Assembly: GCA_951406725.2 (NCBI GenBank) | Contig: OX597823.1 | Span: 25,358,001 to 25,422,000 of the forward strand | From: Octopus vulgaris | Taxonomy: Eukaryota | Length of the DNA: 64,000 nucleotides | Reading direction: 5' to 3' | Shown: piece by piece, positions 1-23,299 of the stretch | Numbering within the stretch: the stretch's first letter is position 1 | Layout of the letters: each line of letters starts with the position of its first letter | Translations under genes and position numbers: made by a program | The notes under the pieces: generated by a model | Databases searched by the model: none | The model's input: only the letters and a program-made list of their open reading frames with translations | What the model was told of the DNA's origin: nothing

Positions 1-314
1 TTAAGATAGTGTTTAGCAAGTAATTTCCACCGAAGACTAACAGTATTTCTGTTTTTTTTTCAAAATGACACCGATAGAAATATTGGAAAGAACGCAACCG
101 GTTAAGAGAGAATGAAGTAAGAGAAGTAGTAAATAGTGTGTATATGTGTGTGAGAGAGAGAGTTATGAGAGGTAACATTGTATGAGAGAGAGTGAGTTCA
201 ATACGTAATATGCATATATGTGAGAGAGAAACATCAAAGTAATACCAAAGGAGATATGGAAAAGAGCACAACCGGTTGAGAGTAAGTTAAGAGAAGCAGT
301 AAATATGTTGGAAG

Positions 315-346
<32 letters not shown>

Positions 347-618
347 TATGAGAGGTAACATTATCAGCATTCTGTCAATAACCACTTCTCACACTACAGC
401 TCTCGATAAGAGAATGATGTAGTAATAATGAGGAATAGTAGGAGAGTCACCGAATAGTGAGAGAGGGGTAATTCGTTTTGTCGGATTTTACCAAACTGGA
501 ACCGGTCCGGTTAATTTTCGTGAATCCCATATAGATGTTGGCACTCTTCCAGTACCCACGGTTCTTTACGCCAAGTTTGGTCGAAATCGGTCCAGTGGTT
601 GCGCAATTATAGTATAGA
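1..618 (-). mobile_element. Non-autonomous Helitron-like element, 5' portion
   Basis: The minus strand starts A|TCTATACTATAAT, followed by GGACCGATTTCGACCAAACTTGGC, typical of non-autonomous Helitron/Helentron 5' regions. The other end is not seen. Confidence 0.4.
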
Positions 619-1853
619 TATGTGTGTGTGTACCAAAAAATAGTCGTCACTCGCGAGGGAATATGACTTGGTAAACCATACTTTCGCTAATTGTTTTAGG
701 TGCCAATATAGTTGCAAATAGGCATAGATACTGTCTAGGCCTTCCCATTCTTAAGTCGGTAGAACATCGAGAACGTGACAGCTGGGAGAACAGAGGGCTA
801 TTCCCACACTTGACTGAATCTCGTTTATGGCTAAGTAGACTGAAACAACGGGAGCTGAAATGCCTTGCTCAAGGATACAAGGCGCCGCTCGAGTTTATCT
901 TCTGTATTCTATCAGATATCCAAAATGTTATATTCCCTTATGTGCCTATTATTGGTGTTGCTTGCTCTATTGCTGAGTCTGTTTTCATTGGGGAATCTGT
1001 TTGATAGTTAACCTGATCTGTAGCAGCTTGTTGTTTTATATACTTCTATTACCGTCCTATTACTACGATTTAATCCTAGAATATTCATACTATTCACAAC
1101 TCCGACCAAAATTTTTAACAGGATTTGGCTTTCATATTTGCACCGGGATACTATCACATTTCTTTTGAGTAAGCATAAATTTCTGCGTAATGGTATTGAA
1201 TTTCTGTCGAGATGAATAGCGACTTTTTCCAAATCAATTTATATAATGCGCAACATTATTTACTTTTGCCCAAATATTTATACACATATTTTTCTCCCTT
1301 TGACCCCAAGCATGCCACATAACACGTGTTTTCCTTCTAGATAGGTCGAAGAAAGAATGCTGAAGCTAGGTATATCTATCTTTAAATATTCTGCTCGTTG
1401 CTCTGGCGCTGTTTTTATAGGTACATCCCTCATGCATTACCATGAATTTCTTTTTAATTCAATTCCCATTTAATTGATGTGTTCTCAATTTGTTAGAATT
1501 GTAACTACTTTCAGCCGAAGACAATAGTTGGCTTGCTATTTGGCATGCTTTTCGTTCTGTATACAACTAACATTTTTTTCCCTTTCTGTTAAAGAAATTA
1601 CCCTCGATGCTTGAGAAACGCTTACATAGTAACATGAAATCGGAAATATTTAGTCGTATCTGTTACTAAATATAAGCTGAATAGTGGGGCTAAAGTAGAT
1701 GTTCTCACCATTTTTTGCCGTTTCTATTAAGATTTTGCTTCGCTTGTTTAAATTAAACATTATTCTATTTATTTAAATCAGTAAAAAACAATTTAAAAGG
1801 AGCATTAAAATGTTTTAAATAAACGAAAATAATTCATTCAATGTGATTTATAG

Positions 1854-1859
1854 TTTATT
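1854..1859 (-). terminator. Candidate polyadenylation signal AATAAA of gene A
   Basis: AATAAA on the minus strand ~24 nt after the stop codon. The context is AT-rich, so a chance match is possible. Confidence 0.5.
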
Positions 1860-1882
1860 TATTACAGTATTCATTTTGTCGT

Positions 1883-11773
<9,891 letters not shown>

Positions 11774-12450
11774 TCCTAAACATAAAAGAAAAATATAAGA
11801 TAAAATATACATATGGAAGCAAATATATAGATAGTAAAACGTCGCAGTAGATGAGGTGTTGGTGAAGATTATTTGGAGGGCCGTGTGTATAAGGTACTGA
11901 ATAAACAACCGATTGGTAAGAAAAACTGTGTTGTGTATTATTGTTCGTAGGCAGGGGAGAACAACCGACAATTAAATGGCTACAGTTCCTCCCAGGGCTA
12001 AATGTATACGTATAGGTCAGAGAACAGCTTGCCTCTCCAAGCATCGGAGGTGGAAGCTATTCCTTAGCACATGTCAACTCATCAAAGCGTTCCAGCTACG
12101 ATCATTCCACCTTATTTTCAAGCAATTAATCCATGGTTACATTATTTACATTCCATTCCCTTTTTCTTTTTAAGATGTTAAAGTGCGGTTTAAAGGAGAT
12201 CTGACTAAAGGAAATCTGGCTGCTACTTCTAACAAGTTGCGTGACCATGCAGATGTTCGCTTGTTGGCCTCACTGAAACAATGTTTCATTATGTTACAGT
12301 GCTGAGTTGGACTTCTTTTTGCATATAACACACGCGCGTGCGCACACACAAACATACAAACACGCACGCATGCACACTCACACACATGAACACACACATA
12401 GTGAAAAAGAGAAGGAGAGTAAGAGAGCGTGAGTGAGCAAAAGAGGGAGT

Positions 12451-12488
<38 letters not shown>

Positions 12489-13234
12489 GAGAAAGATGGT
12501 GCATATTAGGCCATTAAAATTGGAGATTTAGTCGTTGGCAGCTATTGTAAAATGGTCACACGCAAAACAATGTACAACCTACTCTTGTTTCGAAATTTCA
12601 AATTTATTGTAGGCATTTTAGTGCGTTTTTTTTGTGGGGGTGAAGTGTGGGGAAGATAGAGTGAGGTTCCGAACGATTTTTTCCCCATATTTTATTGAGA
12701 ATAAAATCGAACCGCTCCGCTTGGCGAGTCACCTGTGAAAGGCTGGCATCTTATTTCCCTTTCGTCCTCTCTATCCAATTTCTGAATCAGAACGCTATGT
12801 TCTCAGATCATAGCATAATTCAGTAATAGGAAACGAAGCTAGACTGAGATGATTATAATTAAGCATCTTTGTCATGATCACAGTATGCAACACAACGCAA
12901 TGCTGATAGAAAGAAACAAACCGACAATCTTTCTGTTCGGTCGTTTGACATGCTATCGACTTGGTCACATTGTAGATTTCTCAGAAGGGCTTTTAAAGCA
13001 ATTATAATGGTTTAGTCTGAGGATGATTGAGAGTCACCAGGATTTTTTTGCAGGGCATCCCATGAATGGTGAATGGAAGGAAGGAAGGAAGGAAGGAAGT
13101 ATGGAAATTATTTGTTGACCAGTGACCGGATCAGAACTCTTGCAACAGCATCATCTTTACCAAAGTTTACCGCGGCCAAGATGTTGCAGCTAAACCGAGA
13201 GACGGATTAAGATCTTAGGGATAGCAAAATCTTC

Positions 13235-13338
13235 ACTTACCTTAAGTGATGAAAATATGAAGTTCATATGACACGAAATTGTTGTTTTATAGGCAGGTTA
13301 CAGAATGGGTTATACCACTTGACCTGCTCAACACGTGA
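13235..13338 (-). promoter_or_regulatory. Candidate core promoter and short 5' non-coding exon of gene A
   Basis: Minus strand: TCACGTG (13338-13332), TATAAAA (13291-13285), Inr-like TCATATT (~13260) and AAG|GTAAGT donor (exon end 13241). Coding exon 1 begins at an acceptor, implying an upstream exon. The same layout occurs upstream of gene B. Confidence 0.65.
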
Positions 13339-13561
13339 GAATCGAACTGATAAACAACTATTTTATCAGATAATTAGTTTAATAATAGATAAAAATTGAA
13401 CTACTACTAGTTTTAGTGGTAACTGGGACACGCTACTTGCAGTATCCATAATATAAGTAGATCTTTTATTATAATAGTATTAGTATTATTCGTAGTGCTG
13501 GTAGTCGAAGTAAAAGTTGACAGGATCAAATGATGCATCATGCGATCTTATCTCATGACCC

Positions 13562-13633
<72 letters not shown>

Positions 13634-14729
13634 GCAAAGTCACATAGTATAATGCTGATATGATTAGAAGACGTACAAAAAGAAAGACATTCTGAGAGAC
13701 GGCTGAGGGGGATGTGCGGATTCAATGTATAAGGAGAATCAGAGTAATATAAATATAATGGTAAAGAATTGTGAAGAGATGGAGAGAAAAAGGTTAAAAA
13801 AATTAGGGGAAAGAAGATGAGAGAGAAGGAGAGAAAGAGAGAAAGAAAGAGAGCAAGATTAGGGGAGAGATGAGAGATGGAAGGGGAAGACAGAAGGAGA
13901 GAGGAAGATTAGTGTACAGAATATGAGAGAGGCGTAGAAGATAGAATTGCCAGTTAAGAGTTAAATCAGTTTGTTTTTCGACGACATCTAGTATTGAACT
14001 AAAATCTCTTTTATTTTGTATATCAACGCTGTCGTGTAACCCCAAGTCGCCCTTGGTTAGTATCTATGATCAATGGGATTCCAGTGGCTTTCCAGTTATT
14101 TTTTCTCAAGAACAATGTATCTAGGACTATGTCATCCAATCTGTTTTTTGGTTGTTGTTTCTGTTGTTGCTGTTATTGTTGTTGATGCAGACCTTTTATC
14201 AAAAGCGCTCTAATAGTGGCCACCTGGTATATTTTTTCAAACACTATTTAGGATCACATTATTCAATGTGTTCTTCCCTATTTAAGTCGCAAATGTATTA
14301 TTATAGGGACATTTGATGGATATTTCTAGCAGTCGAGCGATCATGTAGTGATATTTCTAGTAGTCGAGCGATCATGTAGTAATTTACCTCGTTTGGTAAA
14401 TTATTGGTATTAACGTTTAACCACAGGTCAGTTCTGGATAAGCAAGCTTATTATCAAAGGGCTTTGTTCGTGTCCATTCTATCTTTTGTTTCCAGACATA
14501 GTGTATCAAAGACCATGTTATTCTCTATTGTTGTTCTGTGTGCTTCTCTATTGTTGTTGTTGTTGTTGTTGTTGGTGGTAAGTCAAAAGTCAGCTCTCGT
14601 TGGTTCATTTACGTAATTTTAAACTAAGTTCCAATTCAGACACGAATAATACTTGAAAGAGTCAAAACTGTAGTTTGAAGGGCAATAACTATTATTTACT
14701 GTTTAGCATTTTTTAAAAACAAGATCAAG

Positions 14730-17230
14730 GAAAAAATGTTGCCATTGTGGGTATCAAAACTTCTGAACTTTCGGAGAGCATGTTCCTCATTACTTGGTCT
14801 TTTACAGCTGATATTTTAGCTCTACCAGAAAGTTCTTTGCCGAATGCCAGCTGATTGAAAGTTGATTTTTACTCGCGTGGATGCATAAAAAATGAGCGCT
14901 GTAAATCTGGAGTTGGTTTTGCCATCAAATTAAACAGTATGCGCAAATAAGGAATCTAGCAAATGGTGTAAATGATCGTTCATATCCATTCATCTCCCTC
15001 TCAGTATCACACTAGTCAATGCCTGTCCACTAGCCATGTCCAACCATGAAGAATTTGATACACTCATCGCAAACGTCTCTTAAGAGATGTTAGTAATTTT
15101 GGGTGATTTCCAAGAGTGTGTATAGACTTTCAAGCATGTGAAAGTGTGATAATAGAAGACTCCCTTTCTTTCTTCTCAACGCCTAGTACACGTGAACTTT
15201 TGATACAAATACTATATTTCGCCTTCCAGGTTGCAACGAAGCAACATGGATGCATCCATGATCCAAGAATTGACACATTTTAGAATATGTCATCACGCGG
15301 CGGTGACAGGCAAGATGTTCTGGGCATTAACAAGATGTTCCGGCTGTGTGTGGAGCTCAACACTGGACCAATAACAGATTAGTGTTATTCAAACTTGCCA
15401 TCACTGTAGATTTAGAATCTCCCCTAGGAGCGTAACACAACAAAATTGAAACCAGTTGACACCGCTGACATAATTTGAAATAACTTCAACACTACGTTAT
15501 ACCATCTACTCAGTAAATGTTGAGGAAGAATGGAAAAACAAACACCTGAACCGAGCAATAAGGAAACACCTGGACTGATTTGACGAAAATGATAGCTGTA
15601 CTAAGAACCTTTCAAGAAGTTCAAGCTTTTTTTACAACATACTACTGAGATACACCTAACATATCTAAGAAAATAGCATTCATGGAGAAACGCTGGAATA
15701 TACAAACCGATTAAGGATCATGCAAGAAAGCGGATTACCAAACAATGTGAGGTGATTATGGTAATAAACATGACTAGAAGATTATCCATGACATTCAGTC
15801 GTATGTTGAAAAGAGGAACTGCAGATCTTCTAAGCGCTGATAGATCAACACCTCTCACGACAATAAATGAAACTGTAATCTGATTACAGCTCCTAAGTAG
15901 CCAATCATCCCATCCATGTAGAAATGGCAAAAGCCATCATGCTATTGTCTTGCCGCAAACCTCGTAGATAAGATATGCTATTCTATCGGAAATTTACAAG
16001 TTTGGAAAATGCTATGAATAATACCAAGATGCACACTTCACATTTGTTGATCTAACCAAGTCATTTGACACGATAAGTTATATTTAAGTTTCTTTGTCCA
16101 AACATATTCACTAATATTGTCAGACAGTTTCAAGACAGCATGATGGCTCATATCCTCAACGATGACGAATCATCCGTAGACTTTCTTGTTAACAATAGTT
16201 TAACCATAAATATATACTAGCGTTAACGTTGTGCACTATGATGTTCTCAACTATGCTCACAGATGCCCTCGAGGTTACAGAACGGATAGTGAACTTAACA
16301 ATCTTGTACACCAGAAATCAATTACTGAAGTTCAAACTGCCACTGTCTGTGACACCTCATTGCAGAACATGACTGTGCATTGAAACCAAACAATGCAAAT
16401 TATACGCAACGAACTATGAAATTTCTCTGTATCCTACGGTAACTGAGGTCACCATCAGCATTACAAAAACTAAAGTAGTGTATCGACTTTCACCAGGCTA
16501 CGAGTTCATTAAGCCAAAGATCATGATCAAAGATACTTGTGCCCTGGTAGCTGAGGAGTTCAACTATTAGTAGCATTTTCCCCCAGACCCGACTATATTG
16601 ACAATATCAGTTTTAAGGGAAATAAAAGAAGCTAACGATTTTTGAAATCTACACACCACTGTTTGGGAACATAGGAGTTTCATACCTTTCTTTACGTCTG
16701 CGAGGCATAGGCCATTTACAGCTGATGCATTGATAACTGAATTACTTTAATACAACATGTCTTTGCTGGTTATTCTTCTTACACGGCGAAACAAGACTTG
16801 TAGAACTGCTCATATCACTCGCATGAATAATGTGCACATAGCAAAGCAAGTTTGTTTTGGTGAACTTGAACACAGAAGGGAACAGTCTACGACTAGGAAA
16901 AATGCTACAAGGATAGCTTGAAAGTAACGTTGAAAGCTATGAGCATTGACACAGAATTCTGAGAATAGCTTTCTCAGAAAAGAGCCGTTTGATACCCATT
17001 CATCAACAGAAAGCACAAAATCTTCATAAGAGAAATGCATTTGTGCAACAAAAACCAAATTTGAGCTTCACAAGGCTAGGTCAGTCGACTCCTCAAATGA
17101 AGCTACATGCCACATGTGCCCTCTTTCCATTCCATAATCATAATTGGTCCATCAGCACAGTATGGATACATACGATCTAATCAACCAACTAGTCAAAGTC
17201 ATGGCCACCGTCGATTACCAATTGACGAAC
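14730..17230 (+). mobile_element. Highly decayed RTE-clade LINE (APE + RT remnants)
   Basis: Fragments SGVGFAIK, GVNDR, LVILGDF and FVDLTKSFDT occur in the order expected for an RTE ORF, with many stops and frameshifts. Confidence 0.7.
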
Positions 17231-18269
17231 TCACTTGTCCATTCCAGGCGAGACCATCCAGTCTCTTTTCATAAACCTTTTTGTCAGATATTATCCAATA
17301 TTTTCTGCACATTTTAAAGACAGCACAGTTTGATTTAAGTGAAATTTAGCTGCTATAGCAGCAGGCTCCTTCTGGGGGTTTGTCGATAGCAGAGGTTGCA
17401 GAGGTGGGTGTTGGGTAATGTTGACCCTGATGAGGTTGTTGATATTGGAGGTCATGAGAGGGACCTTGTTTATTTTCAAATTATCTCCTGACTTAGTATA
17501 TGTAGAGTTTTACTATTTAATGTGTTCCTATGTTTTTGAGAAAGTGAGATGTAATTTGGCGGCTACTTTTAGCTGGCCGGCCGAGCGAGCACAGAGACTC
17601 CTCGATGGTTCATGATGGTTGTTGTGTTGTTAATGTTGATGATGGTGGTGATGGTAATAGTATGGAAGATGGTGATGTTGTTGTTGTTTGTAGTAGTGAA
17701 GGAGGTTATGTGAATTATGATAATGATATTATTGCTAGTGGAGTTTGTGGTGAGTGTGGGGTAGGTTGAAGTGAAGATAAGTGGTAGATATGAGTATTTA
17801 ACTTTGATACTGAAAAGCAGAGATGCTGTCTGCAGTGGAATACATGTTTACAGGTTATCTACACCTCACATGATTATCATTTCAAGCTTCAGATGAGATA
17901 ACCCTTATCCTACCACCACACATACACAAACACACAGTACACTTCGCGAATATAAGGAGATCTCATTTGTATAGTTCATTTAAGAACTTTCACACGAAAT
18001 CTATTATGTTAGTTCTCGTGACTGATCAAATATGAATTATAATTACTTTAGAGGTAAACTATTAAATATAGATAGCGTAGAGCTGACCTAATTTGATCAA
18101 ATGTAATTAACTTAGATTTTAACATGTTCAAGATTGGTTGACTTCGACCTAAGCGAACCTCATTTGACATAACTAGCCTAGACTTAAGCTAACTTCATTA
18201 GACTAGATATAATTAGCTTAGGTCTCAGCTAATCCGAAAAAAAAATAGCGTTCATGATTGCTGATATTC

Positions 18270-20340
18270 GAAATTGCTCTCATATATGCTATCTAACGCC
18301 ACAACCTCTAATTATGACTATGAACTATCTGACCGTATGGTCTCTAATCCTATTGTCCATAATGGTCTGACCTGGTCTCTGATACAAAGACCTCTGATAT
18401 TCAAAGTGTCCCAGATCCCTAAGATAATTGATCACCAAACATGTTCACTATTGTTTAGACATGTTCTCAGACCTTAAAATCGCTGACCTCTAGATATGGT
18501 TTCTGATCTAATCGTCGCTGATCTACAAAGATGCTAGATGGCTCTACAATATTTAATCGACAGACATGCTCTTTGATGTCTGATCTCCAGATTTAATGTC
18601 TGGCCATAACATGATTGTCAAATAAGATTTCATATCCCGTGACATCTGATATCTGACATACTTCTAAACACTTGGGCTCTGGTCTCTGATTTCCAAATAT
18701 AGACTTTCTGGTCTCTGAATATAGACCACTTGGGATCCAAATATTGATCCTATGAAGTGTTTCCCAATATGATTTTCTTATCTCAGAACCTCTGATCGCC
18801 AAGTATGCTTTCCGACCTCATGAGCTCTGATCAACAGAAATATTCTAACACTACTTTCTTATGTTTAAACATTGGCTCAGACGCCATAAACTATTATCTC
18901 CAATTTTTCTCTATGATCCATAACGTCTGATCTCCAAGTATTCTTCATGAAATCAAGATATATGCTCTTTAGTCAATTATTCTGATCGCCAAACATAGCC
19001 TCTAACCTATGATCTCTGATCGCTAAATATAGTCTCGTTCCTGTGATCTCTAATCTTCAGGTATGGTTTCTGACCTCCACGACTTCAAGCTCTCTGACTC
19101 TATGTCCCCTGGTTTCCATTATAGTCTCTGATCTCCAAACATGATGTTTAACCCATAACATCAAATTTCCTAACATGCAAACTGACTTCAAGACATACAT
19201 CTAGCCAGAGTATCTAACCCCGTGAACTATGATCTCTTGTCATGGTCTCTGATTCCATAGTCTTCGACCTAGTAGCCTCTAATGTTCAGATATTATATCT
19301 ATTTCTGGTCTCCTGTTATAATCCCCGACCCTATGACATCTGGTCTCCAGACTATCTTTGTGCCCTGATGAACTCTTTCTCTGACACATAATATTATCTC
19401 CAGACTAGCTCTCTAACTCCATAAACTCAAAACATGCTCTCTATTTCATGATCTCTCATTTCCAGAAATCTTCTTTAAACCTATCGATTCTGAATTCCAT
19501 CCCGGCTCTCCAACTCATGATAAAGGTTCGATCAACAAGACCATTCACACTGGTTTCTAATCTAAAATGCTTTATGTTTCCAAAACCTGTCGTCTCTAAA
19601 CTTGGCTTCTGATCTCTGTGATCTCTTAACTTTACACATACTGACTGATTCTTGACATATGATACCCAAACAAATTTTTTTCAGGCTCCAAGTATAGCCT
19701 TAGGATTCCACTCGATATTGTCTGAACTCATGACCCACGATCTCCAGATATGGTATTTGAAATCCATGACATGTCACCTCCAGATATAATTATAGTTTCT
19801 GAATTTGACCCATTTTGTCTGACCATAGGGTCTTTAACCTTATGTCTTCTGATGTCGAGACATGGTTTCATTCTGCAAGACCTTGATATGCTCACTGACC
19901 TTGATATGCTCACCAGAAATGATCTCTGATTCATGACAACTGATCACCAGATAATGTTTGTAACCCCTCGTTCTCTAGTCCAATGGTCTCTGGTTTCTTG
20001 GCCATAGGCTCCCAACCCATGAACTCTGAACCTATTATCACTGATCGCCAGAAATACTCATACTTTTTGGCTTTAAAGTTCCAGGTTTGAACTTTGAACA
20101 CTGATATATGATTTTAAGACAGGGTCCCTAACTCTACAGTTACTGATCCCCAGCTTTGGTCTTTGATCGCAAGATATCCGTTATTATGATTTCTGATTCT
20201 ATAATCTTTAACACTCAAGGTTTCTCGACTTATGGTCTTTGATACTATAGTGTCTGATTTCTGTAGCCTTTCATTTCCAGATATGCTTTCTGCTTTCAGG
20301 ATCTCTCATTTCCAACACTCTTAGATTCCATGACCCTTCG
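18270..20340. repeat. Degenerate ~34-bp minisatellite array
   Basis: Recurring TCTGATCTCCAGATATGGTCTCTGACC..ATGATC-like unit; clear 34-nt period at 18981, 19015 and 19049. Confidence 0.7.
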
Positions 20341-20399
20341 TTTTATTTTGTTTGTTTTTTTATTGTTTTGGTCGGCATCAGATATTGTATTCTTGGATC

Positions 20400-20760
20400 T
20401 TACAAACTCTCTGGGCACCATTAACGTTTCACTTACACTCTTGTAAGTCGACACTAGCAAGTAAAGCATGGAAGGGGAGGTAATTCCAGGGAACCTATGT
20501 TCCAAAGATGAAGGGTTGGACATAGTAGTTAATGCGAAAGCTAGAGTGTATACAGTACGGGTAATAAGGGACACGAGAATCGAGCATTATTGAATGGAGA
20601 TGACACGAGACAAATGTTTTCCGAGGAGCAGAGGCTGCAGCAATAGCGGTAACAAAGCAGAGAGAGGAAACAGCATGTCTGTGACCCAGAGGTGTCTCGG
20701 TGAACGATTCCATGCCAATCAGTCTAGCTGATAGAGTGTGGGTCAGTGATGATTTAATCA
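20400..20760 (-). mobile_element. CR1/L2-group LINE 3' ORF remnant
   Basis: ARLIG...PLGHRHAVSSLCF..YRYC...CSSE...PWNYLP, similar to the post-RT C-terminus of CR1-group LINEs. Confidence 0.6.
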
Positions 20761-21976
20761 GCACACATTTTGAAAGTATAACCTGACTAAAAGCAACTGA
20801 CCTAAGAGCCAATAATTAGACAGAGTTCATCTGTTTTCTTAACAATAAATGAATATGATTTAATAGCAGATTTCTCACAATCAAAAGCTTTCTTGTGTTT
20901 GGCAGTGTTTTTATGAGCTAACAGCATTGATTTGTTAGCATTTTGAAGACAACGTCGCTAGAAACTCAGTAGCAGGTGTCAGGATTATTATCCTCTTGCC
21001 GTAACTAATCTTTAAGCTCAGCATCCTCCAACCACGACTTCTTTAAATTTTGGGTGTACCACTACCTCTTTTTGGACATACTATTGTCTGCCATTACTTT
21101 GCAAGGGGTTACAAAACAAAAACACCCACTCAAAATGTTGTTAAATTTTAAATCGCGGGTAACAATCGAAGCGTACACCATCATCACAGTCAAGCTGTCA
21201 ACTGACGGTGTTAGAGTTTCAGAAAAGTGTACAAGCGGCCACCAACGCGTTGTAACTTGTTGCCCGGTATGATACAAGTATAAACAAATAATGAACGCGT
21301 ACGATCGGTAATTACGTCACATACAATATTTGTATCGATAAATTCATTATGTGAGATGATTATGGATGATATATAGAAAGTTTACAAAGTATTAGAATAG
21401 GTGCAACTTTGGTACATATTGCATCCAAAGAGTATGACACTGAATTCTCTTTAAAAGACAAGTTTGCAGCTAAAACTAACTTAAAAACCCAGATTTACTG
21501 TAACTTTGGAAATTAAAACCCATAAACCCATCATTACTAAAAAAAAACCCAGATCTAGATGGGGAAAAAACCTATCAGTGGCATCCCTGAGTTACTAGAA
21601 GCACTACGCCATAGGATCTGGAAGGTGAGGAACATTGTGTAATATGTGGATGTTTGATGGTGAGTTTCGATAATCCAGTTGCTTGATTACCCGACAGGCG
21701 CAAAGACTGTGATATTATGGTTAAGATTGACTTCAGAGATAAGAAAGAGATGAACACTGAGTGGTGAAATTTTGTGTCAGTCTGGAATGTGTGTAGAACA
21801 GTGGTTGTCAATGTTTTCGATCTTAGGCTGTATTGGAACTAGTACAAAAATTACTGACGCATTTCGCATTATAACTTTAAAGTACATTGTATTTTGATGT
21901 TTAAAATTGAGAAAAATATAGAAAACTATTGCAAACTTGTGTATGAATTATGAATAATTTATAAATCATAAATAAC

Positions 21977-22064
21977 AGGCGCAGGCGTGATACTTTAGGC
22001 AAGAGTCGACCAAAGCGCATGAGTGGATTTAGTAGACGGAAACCAAAAAGAAACTTGTCGTGTA

Positions 22065-22099
<35 letters not shown>

Positions 22100-22290
22100 A
22101 TTTCTCACCACTGCCTGGAATCCGGTGTTAGTGTATTTATATCTCCGTAACTTAGAGGTTTAGCAAAAGTGACCGATAGAACAAGTACCAAATTTAGAAG
22201 AAAATATGTACTGGAATCAATTCAAGGCTGTGCCCCAGTATGGCCGCAGTCTAATGACTGAAACAAGTAAAAGATAAAAGATAAAAGATA
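21977..22290 (+). mobile_element. CORE-type octopus SINE with internal (TG)n and (GATAAAA)n tail
   Basis: GGCGCAGGCGTG...GACCAAAGC..TGAGTGGATTTAGTAGACGGAAAC...TGGCCGCAGTCTAATGACTGAAACAAGTAAAAG; same family as 34113-34472. Confidence 0.75.
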
Positions 22291-22389
22291 AAAAGCATGT
22301 TTTTCAAGATTCTCTTAAGCCTTAAATTTTATTTTTGAAAATCCATGAAACACCTAGATACTCTAAGCTGAGAAAACCGCTTTAGAACG

Positions 22390-22860
22390 ATTAGTGAAGA
22401 GAATGTAAGTGGTAGATGTAGTGAATTGAAGACTGGGAAGCATTTGATTTCTGTGCCGGCTACTTCAGCATAGCAAGAACTGTAAGAGGCAAGAAGAGTT
22501 GTGAGCATTGAATCCATCGAACACAATGATCTCGAAGTGTAATAGATGTTCTCAACGCAATAAATAATACGGTGGAAGTGTTATTGGTGGCTGGAGGAGT
22601 TTGATGAGCAGTACAGAAAATGTATTTGGAAGTATAGGGGAACTGGAATTCCTTGTGGGGTATGTGAGTGACTGGTAGAGCCACACATAGTTCCTGCTTG
22701 GAAATGCAAGAGACTCACCCTGGAGAGAGAAATTTACAAATGTGCTCATACCACAGAGGGACGTTTGAGTTATGTGTGCATACCAGACCATAGAGATGGA
22801 ATAGCAAGAGAGGTTGAGAAATTTGAGTCTCTAACAAGAATAATAAGTGTAGTTTACGTG
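22390..22860 (-). mobile_element. CR1-group LINE AP-endonuclease remnant
   Basis: Minus-strand translation includes KYIFC...PP...EIIVFDGFNAHN (GDFNAH-like). It may belong to the same element as 20400-20760. Confidence 0.5.
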
Positions 22861-23056
22861 TTAGTATGAAATGTTGCATAGAATACAGATCAGATCTGGT
22901 GTTGAACAGAGAACCATACTGTACACTCGTACATTAAGTAGTTTTTCCTATCGACTGGTGTGTGTTAGCCCAGGTAACTGTATTAAATCTACTAACTCAA
23001 AAATTCCTATTGGCTGGTGTGTGTTAGCCCAGGTATTATATCTACTAACTCAAAAA

Positions 23057-23263
23057 TTCTATGTTCTCACTAGCTGCTGGTGGGGCGATTTTCATTTCCC
23101 TCTTATATATATATTGTGATTTTGAACATTTAAACATAGCACGTCCATAAGAGATATTATCTCTAGACCTATACCGTAATAAATATATATACAGCTCTCT
23201 TTCTCTCTCTCCCTTCTCTCTCCCTCTCTCTCGTTCTCTTTTTCTCCCTCTCTCTCTTTCTCA

Positions 23264-23299
<36 letters not shown>

